This document shows positions 50,307-61,114 of a DNA stretch of 64,000 nt, piece by piece. Each line of letters starts with the position of its first letter. Within the stretch, counting starts at the first letter, position 1. The notes beneath the pieces were generated by a model. That model did not search any database. It worked only from the letters and a program-made list of their open reading frames with translations, and was not told the origin of the DNA. The position numbers were made by a program, and so were the translations under genes. Source of the stretch: Acidimicrobiia bacterium (GTDB taxonomy: Bacteria; Actinomycetota; Acidimicrobiia; Spongiisociales; ZC4RG35); the NCBI GenBank assembly GCA_965203555.1, contig CBDBCY010000002.1:99185-163184 (forward strand). Direction: 5' to 3'.

Positions 50307-51639
50307 CAGCGGTTTCGTCCAGCCACGGCAGGCGGCTGATCGCTGATACGGTCAAATGCCTGGTGCGGATCTGTTGGTCCAACCAATCCCGGCTTCGGGG
50401 GTCGGCCAACACATCCATCAGGTTGTGGCATGAAGACTCGGCGCCGTTCTTGGGGGTTGCCACCAGCAGGTGGTTCTCAACCGCCACCGGACGGTCGCCG
50501 ACCACCAAAACACCGCCCGCCCGCCTTTTCTGACCAGGCCGGGATGTGCGACGGATCGCCACGAACGGAGGATCGAATGTCCGGCCGCTGAACCTCCTCC
50601 ACTCCCCGTCAGGATTGAACGATCCGGAAAGCGGTAGACGTCTCGGCCAAATGAACGGGTGCCGAGGCCCTGTTTCGGGGTCTCGGTGCGGCACGACCGT
50701 TCCGACACACACGTCGAAAAAGTCGCCAACCGAAGCTCCGTGATGTCGGGGCGTCCACTGCACGGGTTCGGCTCCGGAATCGGACTTGGTGCCGCGAAGG
50801 ATGAACACGTCAACATCGGTTTCTTCATCGAACACCCCACAGATGTCGATGTCCGAGATGTCCATCATCGACTCGATCAGGGAACGCCACTTCCCGTATC
50901 GAGTGCCCGACCGAAGGACGTCCGGGAGGATGGCGGTAATGGACACGCCCTTCGGCGCATATTCCAGAACCCGGATCAGAAAAACGGCCGCTTCGGAGAC
51001 ACGACCTCCGGCCCACGATGTTTCCTCGGGGACGTCCACATATCCGAACGGCGGATTGAGGACGATATGGCGGCTCCGGCTCGCCAGGCTCTTTTGGGAG
51101 CGGCCGTCGCCGACCACTACCCACGGGAACGCGTCCCGCGGCATGTCCCCGGGGGTGGCCTGTCCTGTTCGGTAGACCGCCGCCAAGAACAATCGCAGCC
51201 TGGCGGTCTCCACAAAGATCGGTTCAACATCGCACCCCAGAAGGCGTTTACCCCAGTGGTGGACAGTCGCTCCCAGGCTGTCGAAAACCGGAAGCCTCAT
51301 AGCGGATTCGATCAGCAGGTCGCCGGCGCCGCAGGCGGGATCGAAATAGACAACTTCTCCAGCGTCGTCGTGTGGCGGTGTTGGGATGGCTTTGGCCCGT
51401 ATCGCACTCGTAGTAAAGAAGGCGCCCTGTTCTCGACGCGTCTGCAGTTCCACCAGATTTCTGAGTTCAGCGGCGGCCTGGCCGTTTACGGCGTTCGACA
51501 GGGCTGCCATGTGGCTGTCCACCCCGTCATCCGCTATAGACGAAAGCAGTTCGCGAAGGTGAGAGGCGTATGTCCGGTAGTTGGTGATCATTACCTGTTC
51601 CGTGACGGGGAGGGCTTCTGGCGTTGAGTGCAAGAACAC
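50299..51639 (-). CDS. N6-adenine DNA methyltransferase (gamma class) with C-terminal TRD; start uncertain
   Basis: GAFFT, DPACGAGDLL, NPPF; stop overlaps kinase start. Confidence 0.92.
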   Translation of the reverse strand: MFLHSTPEALPVTEQVMITNYRTYASHLRELLSSIADDGVDSHMAALSNAVNGQAAAELRNLVELQTRREQGAFFTTSAIRAKAIPTPPHDDAGEVVYFDPACGAGDLLIESAMRLPVFDSLGATVHHWGKRLLGCDVEPIFVETARLRLFLAAVYRTGQATPGDMPRDAFPWVVVGDGRSQKSLASRSRHIVLNPPFGYVDVPEETSWAGGRVSEAAVFLIRVLEYAPKGVSITAILPDVLRSGTRYGKWRSLIESMMDISDIDICGVFDEETDVDVFILRGTKSDSGAEPVQWTPRHHGASVGDFFDVCVGTVVPHRDPETGPRHPFIWPRRLPLSGSFNPDGEWRRFSGRTFDPPFVAIRRTSRPGQKRRAGGVLVVGDRPVAVENHLLVATPKNGAESSCHNLMDVLADPRSRDWLDQQIRTRHLTVSAISRLPWLDETADV

Positions 51640-52153
51640 AGACCACCCTCATCCAACCATACCGCAGGCGGGCCGAACCACCATGGAATAGTCCCCGGCA
51701 ACGGCTCACGGCGGGTTTGGTCGAGAACTGAGGAGAGAGTGCCCATGTTCTGGGGCGTCTACGGGGTTGATCAATGCTGTCGACACAGCTACTGCCACGC
51801 AAGGCTTTCGGGGGACTCGGTGGCGTCTAGCTCCAGGGTCTCTACCGGGTCGACGACGCCTCAGCTCGCAGCTGGCCCGGGGTGTACCGGGTGAAGGGGG
51901 GAGGATCGGTCTTACGTGCTTCTCGTCGAAGATGTTCCTGGGGTCACCCGCGCCCTGCCTGGAATGCGACTTGCGGCAGTGAGGAAGATCGCTACTCTGC
52001 CCAAGAGACGAGGCCAATCCCTCGAGAGCAAGATGTAACGATTCGAGGGTTTGTTTGTCTTGGTGTATGTCGGGAGAGTTTGTGGCGTTTGTTGAGTTGC
52101 AGGCTCCCGGCCAAGGAAAGATTGCAATCTATTTAGAGGAGGTAAGCTTACTT

Positions 52154-54424
52154 ATGTTTGCTACTTTCAGCCGTATTCGGCGTCATGTAGCGGTGCTTTC
52201 GGCGCTTGCTTTGATGGCCAGTGTGCTGGTCGCGGTGCCTGCTGTTGCTGCTGATGACGATCCGAAGATGGACTACAAGGCGACTTTCGACGCCTGCGGT
52301 ATGGTGCCTTCGTCGGGCTTCGAGGATGTTCCGATGAGTCATGCCAACGCCGGTGACATCGACTGTATCGCCTATTACGGGATCACCAAGGGCACCTCGG
52401 CGACCACCTATTCGCCGTTGATGTCGGTGACCCGGGAGCACATGGCCCTGTTTTTGACCCGTCTGGCCGGCCTGGTCGGCATTGAGATGGCGTCCGATCC
52501 GGATGATGCGGGTTTCACCGATATCGGTGACCTGTCGATGGAGTCGCAGACGGCTGTGAATCAGTTGGCCGATCTGGGTATCACCATGGGTACTTCGGCT
52601 ACCACGTATTCGCCTGCCGATTCGGTGACTCGTGGTCAGATGGCGTTGTTCATCTCTCGGTTGATGGACAAGATGACCCCGATGATGGACGGGGATACGG
52701 CGTACGGGTACACGCCCGAAAAGGTGATAGACGTTGCTGACGGTGACGACGATGATGATCTGCCCGACAAGACGGTGATGTCGCCGTTCACCGATCTTGG
52801 CTCTGTGACCAAGTCTGCTTATGACGCGATCAGTGCGTTGTGGGAGTTGGGTGTTGCTTCGGGTATTTCTGACACGGCTTATGGTCCGTCGGCTCTGATC
52901 ACTCGTGCGTCGATGGCTGGTTTCATGGCCGCGGTGTTGGATCACTCCAACGCTCGGCCGGCCGGTGTGAGCATCCAGGCTTCCAAGACTGGGGGCTTCG
53001 GAGAGTTCGATTCCACGATCGCTGTGTCGTATCGGGATGAGATGTTCATGCCGATGGTCGATGTGTCCGTCAAGGTCTTCGACAGCATGACGGTTGGCGC
53101 GTTCAACGAGGACGGTGGCTGCTCGACGGCTTCTGAGTGTGCGTGGAGCGATGACGAGTCGTTGACCGACGCTTCGGGCAACATCTTCCAGGATGGTGAT
53201 ATCACCAACGGGAAGATGAACACCTACTACGCGTGGATGGGTGATTCTGACGCCGATGAGAACGACTTCGACGTCGACACGTCCACCCATGCGACGGTCA
53301 CTCTGTCTTCCACCACCGATGCTGTGGCACTGAAGGTCACTACTGACATCAACGAGAACTCCAGCAATAAGAACACGGTGGACATCGACGCCACAAGCAG
53401 TGTCACCCTCACCGCGCAGTTGGTCGACGGTGACGGCGAACCTGTGGCCAAGTCCGGTGTGGAGGTCAAGATCGGCGTCGCACAGGGCACCGCCACCCTG
53501 TATCCGGCGCCTGCTGCGATGAAGACCGATGATGACGGTATGGTGACCTATACCACATCCGGTCCGAAGTCCACCAAGGAGAACAACGATCCTGACCGGA
53601 TCGACACGATTACGTTCAGTTCCAATGTGGACGGCAGTACCGCCGATCCCCCCATTGCGCCTGCTACGGGTGCTGATACCGGAAATGGGACTGTTGCAGT
53701 AAGCGATAATGGTGAGACCGTGGTAGCCACGATCTTCTGGACGGACTCCGACCCGACGCTGGTCACGATTGACGCAGTCACCGACCCGGTGACTCGGGAA
53801 GCGCAGGGTTCCGGTAAGGGAAGCACTGATGACTACGCTTTCTTGAGCGGCCAGAACAAGGTGACCGTCCGATCCTCGGTGTCGTTCTACGACCAGTACG
53901 GCAACCCCGCCGGCAAGGGCAACTCGGTCCTGATCAGCATCGGGACCGGTGATGGCAGTTCCGACATAAGGACCGTGAGCAGCAGAGGCATGGCCAGGTG
54001 GACCCGCACCCTTGACGGGGAATTGGGCACCGCCGTACCCGTGACCTACGCACTCCAGGATGCCACAGGAACAGTGGCTACTCCTGTTGCGCTCACTGGC
54101 GCTCCAACCGTTACTGCCACCTCGGTGGTCCCGGTGAGACACGCCGATGACGACAGCACGGTCGCTGTCGCTGATGGTGCAATCACTGCGGTCTACGCCG
54201 ATGAGGACCGGTTCCGCATCACCGGTGCGCTGTACAGCTACGATGACGGCGACACCTTCATCAACGGCATCTCCGGCCACGATGACGAAGGCAAGCGGAT
54301 CACTCTTGATGGGTTCGAAGGACTGATCAAGCCAGGAACTGGCGGAACTGCGGGTACTGTCGAGATCGTGTTCTACGACGACGACGGTGTCAGCATCTTC
54401 CGCGTCAGCACTGTCGGTTCATAA
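52154..54424 (+). CDS. SLH-domain surface protein (paralog 2; strong RBS)
   Basis: GAGGAGGT RBS, signal peptide, 3 SLH-like repeats, own terminator. Confidence 0.92.
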   Translation: MFATFSRIRRHVAVLSALALMASVLVAVPAVAADDDPKMDYKATFDACGMVPSSGFEDVPMSHANAGDIDCIAYYGITKGTSATTYSPLMSVTREHMALFLTRLAGLVGIEMASDPDDAGFTDIGDLSMESQTAVNQLADLGITMGTSATTYSPADSVTRGQMALFISRLMDKMTPMMDGDTAYGYTPEKVIDVADGDDDDDLPDKTVMSPFTDLGSVTKSAYDAISALWELGVASGISDTAYGPSALITRASMAGFMAAVLDHSNARPAGVSIQASKTGGFGEFDSTIAVSYRDEMFMPMVDVSVKVFDSMTVGAFNEDGGCSTASECAWSDDESLTDASGNIFQDGDITNGKMNTYYAWMGDSDADENDFDVDTSTHATVTLSSTTDAVALKVTTDINENSSNKNTVDIDATSSVTLTAQLVDGDGEPVAKSGVEVKIGVAQGTATLYPAPAAMKTDDDGMVTYTTSGPKSTKENNDPDRIDTITFSSNVDGSTADPPIAPATGADTGNGTVAVSDNGETVVATIFWTDSDPTLVTIDAVTDPVTREAQGSGKGSTDDYAFLSGQNKVTVRSSVSFYDQYGNPAGKGNSVLISIGTGDGSSDIRTVSSRGMARWTRTLDGELGTAVPVTYALQDATGTVATPVALTGAPTVTATSVVPVRHADDDSTVAVADGAITAVYADEDRFRITGALYSYDDGDTFINGISGHDDEGKRITLDGFEGLIKPGTGGTAGTVEIVFYDDDGVSIFRVSTVGS

Positions 54425-54448
54425 ACAGTAAACGTTCGACTATCTGAA

Positions 54449-54472
54449 GGAGGCTCCCCCCGGGGAGCCTCC
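54449..54472 (+). terminator. Terminator hairpin after SLH paralog 2
   Basis: ggaggctccc..gggagcctcc. Confidence 0.75.
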
Positions 54473-54499
54473 CTCCCTTTAGCGACAGGTCAGGACATT

Positions 54500-56635
54500 G
54501 TGCTTCTCTCTTCAAGACGCCATACAGCGATAGTTACGGCCTTCTTGCTGGTGGCCGGTCTTGTGTTTGCTGCACCGGTCTCGGCTGTGGATGGTTCTTT
54601 TCCCTCGCCAAGCTATTTGGCTTCATTTGATGCTTGTGAAGACATACCGGCCTCCGACTTCGATGACCTGCCTGGTGATCAGTCTCAGGCGGACAACGTC
54701 AACTGCATCGCTTACTTCGGGATTACCAGGGGGACTTCGGCTACGACCTTCTCGCCCGCTGATCCGGTGACCCGCGAGCAGATGGCGTTGTTCCTGATCC
54801 GTCTGGCTGGCCGGGTCGGGATTGCCATTCCCTCTGCCGGCGACTTTGGATTCTCTGACATCGGCCACCTGAGCGCCGGATCCCGGGTTGCCATCAACCA
54901 GTTGGCAGGGCTGGGGATTACCAAGGGGACTTCGGCCACGACCTTCTCGCCCGCTGATCCGGTCCCCCGTTGGCAGATGGCGTTGTTCATCGCCCGGTTG
55001 ATGGACAAGATGGAACCTCCGGCCTACGGAGACTACCGATTCGGCTACACCCCGGCCGATGTGGTTGACACGTCCCTCAGGCCGGTGGATGCTCCATTCA
55101 CCGACTTGGATGGGGTTTTGAAGGACACGTTCGACACTATCAACCGGCTGTACGAATTGGGGGTCGTCGATGATGGAACAGGAGGGACTTACAGACCTTC
55201 GGTGGACATTACCCGCGCCACCATGGCCGATTTCATGGCTGCTGTGCTCGATCACTCCGGCCTACGCCCTGCGGGTCTGAACATCAAGGCCGCCAGGATC
55301 TCGGAATACGGACCCACCGAAGTCGTGTTGATGGTCTCCGTGCGAGATCCCGACTTCGGTCCGGTCGAAAGCCAGAGGGTAGATGTATTCAGCAGCGGGT
55401 TAGTGAGCGGGGGGCTGGACGAGGAAGGAGCCTGCATACCGGCGTTGGTGACCGGCGACTGCACCTGGAACGCCGATGACAGGGCCACCGACCAGGAGGG
55501 GAACATCTGGGTCACCTACCGGCTTGACGAAGGGGCTACTTCGGTGTACTACGCCTGGATCGGCGCTGGCCCCGGTACGCAGTTCGACGCCGACGAGGTG
55601 GACGAAGCCACCGTCGCGGTTACTTCCCAACCTGACGTGGCAGGGATCAGGGTCACCTCCGACGTTCGGGAACATGCTGACGGCAACAAGGTACACCTTG
55701 CCCGGACCAGGCGGGTGACTCTCACTCTCCAGGTGGTCGACCGGGACGACAGACCCTTATCCCGTCCAGGGTTCGACTTCGAGGTGGGCTTGGAGCAGCT
55801 TGTAGACGGCGCCCAGCGACTCAGGCACGGCGAAGTCCGACTGACCACCGATGAGGAGGGCAAGGCGACATTCAGGTTGGAGGGAGTCGAAGACCGAAGG
55901 GCTGACACCAATCAGACCACAGTCGATGAGGTGACCTTCAGTCATGTCGGTGAGGAAACCGGCGTTACCGATCTGTCTGATGTGGTTGTCGCCATAGAGT
56001 GGAGCGAGGAAGCTTCCCAGACCCACAAGGCTGTGGCAAGGGCACCCGACTATGTGATCATCAGGGATGACGGCGACGTTTCGATCAGGGCGTCCATCAC
56101 CCTGTACGACCAGTACGGGTTTGGTCATCGGACAGGCGCCGGTCAGCAGGTGGAGATGACCATCGGGGGACAGGACCTCTCCGCCTCAGTGAATGGGTCC
56201 GGCACCGGCACCCGAAGCGCCCGACTGCAACACGAAGAAGTCGGTTTCCCTGTGCCGGTGACCTTCATTGCAGACCCCGACGGTGACGGCGTCGATCTCC
56301 CGACCGGAGTCGATGATCCGCAAGAGGTCTACGTCCAACTGGTGACGGTGGCAACATCCAAGGACGCTGGTAACGACTTGGGAATCCACACCTTCTTCCC
56401 GAGACACAACCGCTTCACGACAGAAGTCGGCCGTGGCAACCCCGACGCCAATCTGCTCTTCTACTACAAACCTGGAGACAAGTTCAAGGCTGGGGACAGG
56501 CTTATCGCCATCGACGAGTTCGAAGAATTGCTCACCCCTTTCGAAGGCGATGAGAACTTGGCCAGGATCGACATCGTGACATACGACAGAGAAGGATCGA
56601 GCGAATTCAGGGTCACCAGGTCCGCCTCCGATTAG
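54500..56635 (+). CDS. SLH-domain surface protein (paralog 3)
   Basis: Signal peptide, 3 SLH-like repeats, shared YAWIG and LYDQYG motifs. Confidence 0.9.
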   Translation: MLLSSRRHTAIVTAFLLVAGLVFAAPVSAVDGSFPSPSYLASFDACEDIPASDFDDLPGDQSQADNVNCIAYFGITRGTSATTFSPADPVTREQMALFLIRLAGRVGIAIPSAGDFGFSDIGHLSAGSRVAINQLAGLGITKGTSATTFSPADPVPRWQMALFIARLMDKMEPPAYGDYRFGYTPADVVDTSLRPVDAPFTDLDGVLKDTFDTINRLYELGVVDDGTGGTYRPSVDITRATMADFMAAVLDHSGLRPAGLNIKAARISEYGPTEVVLMVSVRDPDFGPVESQRVDVFSSGLVSGGLDEEGACIPALVTGDCTWNADDRATDQEGNIWVTYRLDEGATSVYYAWIGAGPGTQFDADEVDEATVAVTSQPDVAGIRVTSDVREHADGNKVHLARTRRVTLTLQVVDRDDRPLSRPGFDFEVGLEQLVDGAQRLRHGEVRLTTDEEGKATFRLEGVEDRRADTNQTTVDEVTFSHVGEETGVTDLSDVVVAIEWSEEASQTHKAVARAPDYVIIRDDGDVSIRASITLYDQYGFGHRTGAGQQVEMTIGGQDLSASVNGSGTGTRSARLQHEEVGFPVPVTFIADPDGDGVDLPTGVDDPQEVYVQLVTVATSKDAGNDLGIHTFFPRHNRFTTEVGRGNPDANLLFYYKPGDKFKAGDRLIAIDEFEELLTPFEGDENLARIDIVTYDREGSSEFRVTRSASD

Positions 56636-56765
56636 CTGCCTCGGTCCCTGACCGGAGAAGCCGTCCGTCCCCACGGGGTAGGGGAAGTTGGAGGAGATTG
56701 CCTTTGGATAGCCTGGAGGTTGGGGATTTTCCAAACCCTTTGATAAAGAAAGATCTGGATTAAAG

Positions 56766-56796
56766 GAGAAGAGGCTCCCGGTAGGAGCCTCTTCTC
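56766..56796. terminator. Terminator between convergent SLH genes
   Basis: gagaagaggctcc-cggta-ggagcctcttctc, 13-bp stem. Confidence 0.85.
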
Positions 56797-56826
56797 GGTT
56801 TAGGTTGAACCTATTGGTCTTTAGGT

Positions 56827-59228
56827 TTAGGGTGATCCGTCGTCGGTGACTCTGAAGACACTAGTGCCGTCAGCGTTGTAGATCACCACTTCCACCTCAA
56901 CAGCGGCCTCTGCAGTCGTGGCGCCATTTGCAACGGTGTTGTGGTTGTTGTCCTGGTCCATCAACGTCTGGAACCTCTCCATGCTGACCGCGCGGCCCTC
57001 ACCTCCGGAGCCGGCGGTGCTGTCGATGAAGGTGTCGCCGTCGTCGTAGGAGAACACCAGCGTTGGGTCACCACCCGTTGCGCCTGCGAGGGCGAGGAAC
57101 TTGTTGTCCTTCACCATCAGGTGCGTCACGACATGTCCTCCAGTACTAGCAGAACTGGCGGGGTTCACAACATGAACACTGCCCGCTGCAGCACGGTACT
57201 GATGCCCGTCCGTCACGTTCGCCGGAGTGGTGTCGTCGTACACCGCGGAAAGGTCGGTCCAAAGTGTCGTACCGTCGGACTGGTAGATGTTGGTGGTCGG
57301 CTGGATACCGGCAGCGGTAGTGTCGCTGTCGATCTGGGCGCCCGCCGAGGTCAGCAGGTAGCCGTTTGCGTCTCTACTGTAGGCAATGACGCCTGCGTAG
57401 GAGACGGCTATCGGAGTACCTGCGGCGACATTAGCAGCGCCAGGCTTGCGCGACCAACGCGCGTAGCCTCTGCTGATCACATTCCTCGTGCCTGCGTTAC
57501 CGTCGCCCGTGCCAATCGTTATGGTGGCCGTCTGACCAGCGCGTGAGCGGTGGGAGTTACCGTACTGGTCCCACAGACGCACGATCGCATTGACCGACGG
57601 GTTCCCGTCCAACACGTAGGTGGGAGTCTCGAGGGTGGTCTTGGTGAGAACCGGGATCTCTTCGACCCAGTTAATGTCCTCCATCGCAGTCCTCTGCGTC
57701 GGATTTCCATTGGCGTCGAGTTCGGTGAACACGATGTCATCCATCCGAGAGTTGTTTCCACTGGTGTTTGTCGGTCCGGTAATCGTGAAGGACACTTGGC
57801 CCATGTCGTCGGTAACCAACTCGTCCTCATGGGTGTTGGTATAGGTACGACCGTCTGCTGGTCCCTGGTCATAACGGACACGGAACTTCACACCCGCACG
57901 TTCCACATTGGCATTCGCTTCCATGTTCCTCAACTGGACGGTGAAGGTCACACTACTGGTCGCACGCAGGTCAACCTTCTGACCGTTTTCGTCAGAGAAG
58001 GCATGCGTGTTGATGGTCGAACTGATACTCAGCATGTCCTGAGCATGCTTAGCGCTGGCCATGGCAGTCTGCGCGGTGAACTTGTCGGAATCGAACTTGT
58101 CGCCGTCGTCGTTGCCGATCCAGGCGTAGAACGTCCTGGTCTTACCGGCGGCCACGTCATGATCCATGATGAGGTTGCCGTCCACGTCGGTGGCGTCGTC
58201 GTTGTCATCCCACACACAGTCATCCTCAACAAAGTCTCCGCCGAGCACATCATCGGGGTCGGTGGCGAAGTTACAAGTGCCGTCATTGCGGAGAGCCTTG
58301 TCACCAGCAGTGCTGGAGAAGATATCAATAGCCTGATCCTCGACCGCTCCGAAACTGTCGGTCCGCATCGAAGCGACCACGGTGACACTCGTGTCGCCCC
58401 AACCGGTGCTAGGAGTGACCTGGATGCTCAAACCAGCCGGACGGGCATTGGAATGATCCAACACCGCAGCCATGAACCCGGCCATCGAAGCACGAGTGAT
58501 ATCGGCCCCGGAGCATAACTGGTGTCAGAAATGCCCGCAGCAACACCCAACTCGTACAACTGAGTGATCGCGTCGTACTCGTCCTTGGTCGCACGACCCA
58601 GATCGGTGAACGCCGACTTGACGTCGACTTTCTTGTCGTTGTCCGCCACATCAGAAGGCGTGTAGCCGTACTGGGTGGTGGTGCTCAAACCGATCGCTCC
58701 GTCAGCCTGCGGAGTCAAATGGTTCATCAACCGAGCGATGAACAAAGCCATCTGACCCCGGGTGACGTCGTCGTCAGGTGAATACGTGGTAGCAGAAGTG
58801 CCCATCGTGATACCCAGATCGGCCAACTGATTGATCGCGGTCTGCGACTCCATCGATAGGTCACCGGTGTCGGTGAAACCCGCATCATCCGGGTCCTCCG
58901 CGATGTCGATGCCCACCAGACCGGCCAAACGGGTCAGGAACAGGGCCATGTGCTCACGGGTGACCGACATCAACGGCGAATACGTGGTCGCCGAGGTGCC
59001 CTTGGTGATCCCGTAATAGGCGATACAGTCGATGTCACCCGCATTGGCATGACCCGAGGGAACATCCTCGAAGTCCGACGAGGGCGCCATACCGCAGGCA
59101 TCGAAAGTCGCCTTGTAGTCCGCCTTCGGATCAGCAGCAACAGCAGGCACCGCGACCAGCACACTGGCCATCAAAGCAAGCGCCAAAAGCACCGCTACCT
59201 GCCGCCGAAAACGGCTGAAAGTAAACAT
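56827..59228 (-). CDS. SLH-domain surface protein (paralog 4); -1 frameshift at C4 run 58506-58509
   Basis: 5' end nearly identical to paralog 2; adding one G restores YAPGADITRASMAGFMAAVLDHSN. Confidence 0.88.
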
Positions 59229-59481
59229 AAGTAAGCATATCGGACGGGCGTTTTCTTCGCTATTTTGTTCCTCGGCCGCCAGCAGACGCCGGGGATCCGA
59301 TCTTCGTCCCTCGAGAGCTGACGATCCCACCGACTCTGCTCTCAGCAGGAGCCCGGCCCTCGCCGGTCGGACCGGAATGCCGAAGGTCGGATCGGTTTGG
59401 CTCCCACAGAAGAATCACGACTTCGAACGGCAGGGATAGGCCAGATACTCCGCATTGTCCGAGCAATCTGGGTGGCTGCCA

Positions 59482-59958
59482 ATGCCCACAGTGTTTACTA
59501 TTTGGGTGGGAGCGACACCGGCTGGGGTGCCTATGGTTTTTCAAGCACGTAAATCTCTTACGGCGTCGGATTTGCCTGCGTTGATGTCCGATCCTTGTTC
59601 CAGGGGACCTTACAGAGTGCCGCTTGCGCAGTTTGTGATGGACTGGAACCGATCGGACGATCCCATTGGATTGATATTGTGCGAGCCGAACTATGACGGC
59701 GCAGATCCTTTGGTTATGCCGGCCATTGCCGTGGTTGTGCATGCGTTGGCAGTTCGAGATGGGGCGCCCGTGCCTGGATGGGTATGGCGACATCGGGCAG
59801 GAGGCGATGCAGCTCTCTTTGGGCACAACCTGAATTCGCGTATGGGAAGGTGGGTGCGCGCTCGCGCACCTGAAGCGTCTCTTTTCCATCGTGTGTTCTT
59901 CGACGCCAGCTTTCTCGATAAGGGAACTAGAAGGCAGTGGCAACCAAGGGTGTCCTAG
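59482..59958 (+). CDS. Putative antitoxin partner of the DUF6036-like NTase; start uncertain
   Basis: LAQFVMDWNR..AIAVVVHALAVRDGAPVPGW; overlaps NTase start; paralog at 61772..62143. Confidence 0.65.
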   Translation: MPTVFTIWVGATPAGVPMVFQARKSLTASDLPALMSDPCSRGPYRVPLAQFVMDWNRSDDPIGLILCEPNYDGADPLVMPAIAVVVHALAVRDGAPVPGWVWRHRAGGDAALFGHNLNSRMGRWVRARAPEASLFHRVFFDASFLDKGTRRQWQPRVS

Positions 59959-60503
59959 ACGCGGCCCAACTCCTTCGACTGTTTGACGAAGTAGACCGGG
60001 AATTGACGAGCGAAGTCAGCATCCTCATTGGTGGGGGAGCGTCGTTGGCGCTCCTGTGGGGTTCGCGGGGTACCTACGACGTGGATGTTGTGTCTGATGA
60101 CATGACGCCGGAATTGAGGGCGGCGGTAGCAAGAGTGGGCACCAGGGCGGGGATAAGCGAGGACTGGCTGAATGACGGAGCGAAAGGGTTCGCTCCTTAT
60201 CTACCTGCCGGCCCGGAGCTTGTCTTTGACGGGAGCAACCTTCGAGTATTCAGCGCAAACGCGCGGTATTTGCTGGCGATGAAACTGATGGCAGCTCGGG
60301 GAGAAGACGGCGAGGACATACAAGTGCTCATGGAGAAGGCTCGGATGTTTGCTGTTGAGGACCTCCTTGAGTTGGTCGAACACGCCTACCCGAATTCTGA
60401 GATCCCGGTGACCGTGCAATACCTTGCGGAGGATGTGGTCTGGCAATACCACCAACAGCATGGCCGCGATGATCGAGGTCCTGATCTTTCACTCGGTCGA
60501 TAA
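59937..60503 (+). CDS. DUF6036-like nucleotidyltransferase
   Basis: IGGGASL..RGTYDVD, DWLNDG, YLLAMKLMAAR..DGEDI. Confidence 0.85.
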   Translation: MATKGVLDAAQLLRLFDEVDRELTSEVSILIGGGASLALLWGSRGTYDVDVVSDDMTPELRAAVARVGTRAGISEDWLNDGAKGFAPYLPAGPELVFDGSNLRVFSANARYLLAMKLMAARGEDGEDIQVLMEKARMFAVEDLLELVEHAYPNSEIPVTVQYLAEDVVWQYHQQHGRDDRGPDLSLGR

Positions 60504-60736
60504 GGGTCTGCTGGTCCCCTCTGCTTGACGGGGACAGGTTATGTCCTCCATTACCAGACCTAAGCGGTCTGTCACAAGCCACCTAGGGGAGGTGACAACG
60601 ATCATCAGGCCGGAGGTGCTCTTTGCTCCGCCCAAAGTTTAGAAGGGGGGATGGGCACCACTACACAGTCCCATCGGGGTGGGGATTGAGAGGGCCAGAC
60701 TTCGGGTCTCCTGTTAGTCTGAAACCTAGTCGAACA

Positions 60737-61114
60737 ATGCAATCACGAACCGGCGTTGCCGTTGAATCCCCGCTTTATCGCCCTCCTTCTGAAGAAACCA
60801 TAGAGGCTGCCATTGACGAAGCCGTCGTTGGCTACCGTCGAGTGTTCGGTGAACGCTTGGCGCAGGTTTGGCTTTTCGGTTCCCGGGCAGTGGGAGACCA
60901 CCGGCCCGATTCCGATGTTGACCTGCTGGCGGTGCTCCGCGAAGAGGGTCCGATCGGTAGGGAACTGGATCTGTTGTATTCTGTGGCGGAACCTATACGA
61001 CTCGCCTACCGAGTGTACATTGATGGGCACCCCACCACTTTGCGAGAATTCCAGACAAGCGATGACGACTTCCACTTTTTCGTGAGAAGTGAGGGAAGGC
61101 GAGTGGATGCGTGA
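60737..61114 (+). CDS. MNT antitoxin (paralog of 40944..41339)
   Basis: LFGSRA..RPDSDVDL..IDGHPTT..DDDFH. Confidence 0.9.
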   Translation: MQSRTGVAVESPLYRPPSEETIEAAIDEAVVGYRRVFGERLAQVWLFGSRAVGDHRPDSDVDLLAVLREEGPIGRELDLLYSVAEPIRLAYRVYIDGHPTTLREFQTSDDDFHFFVRSEGRRVDA

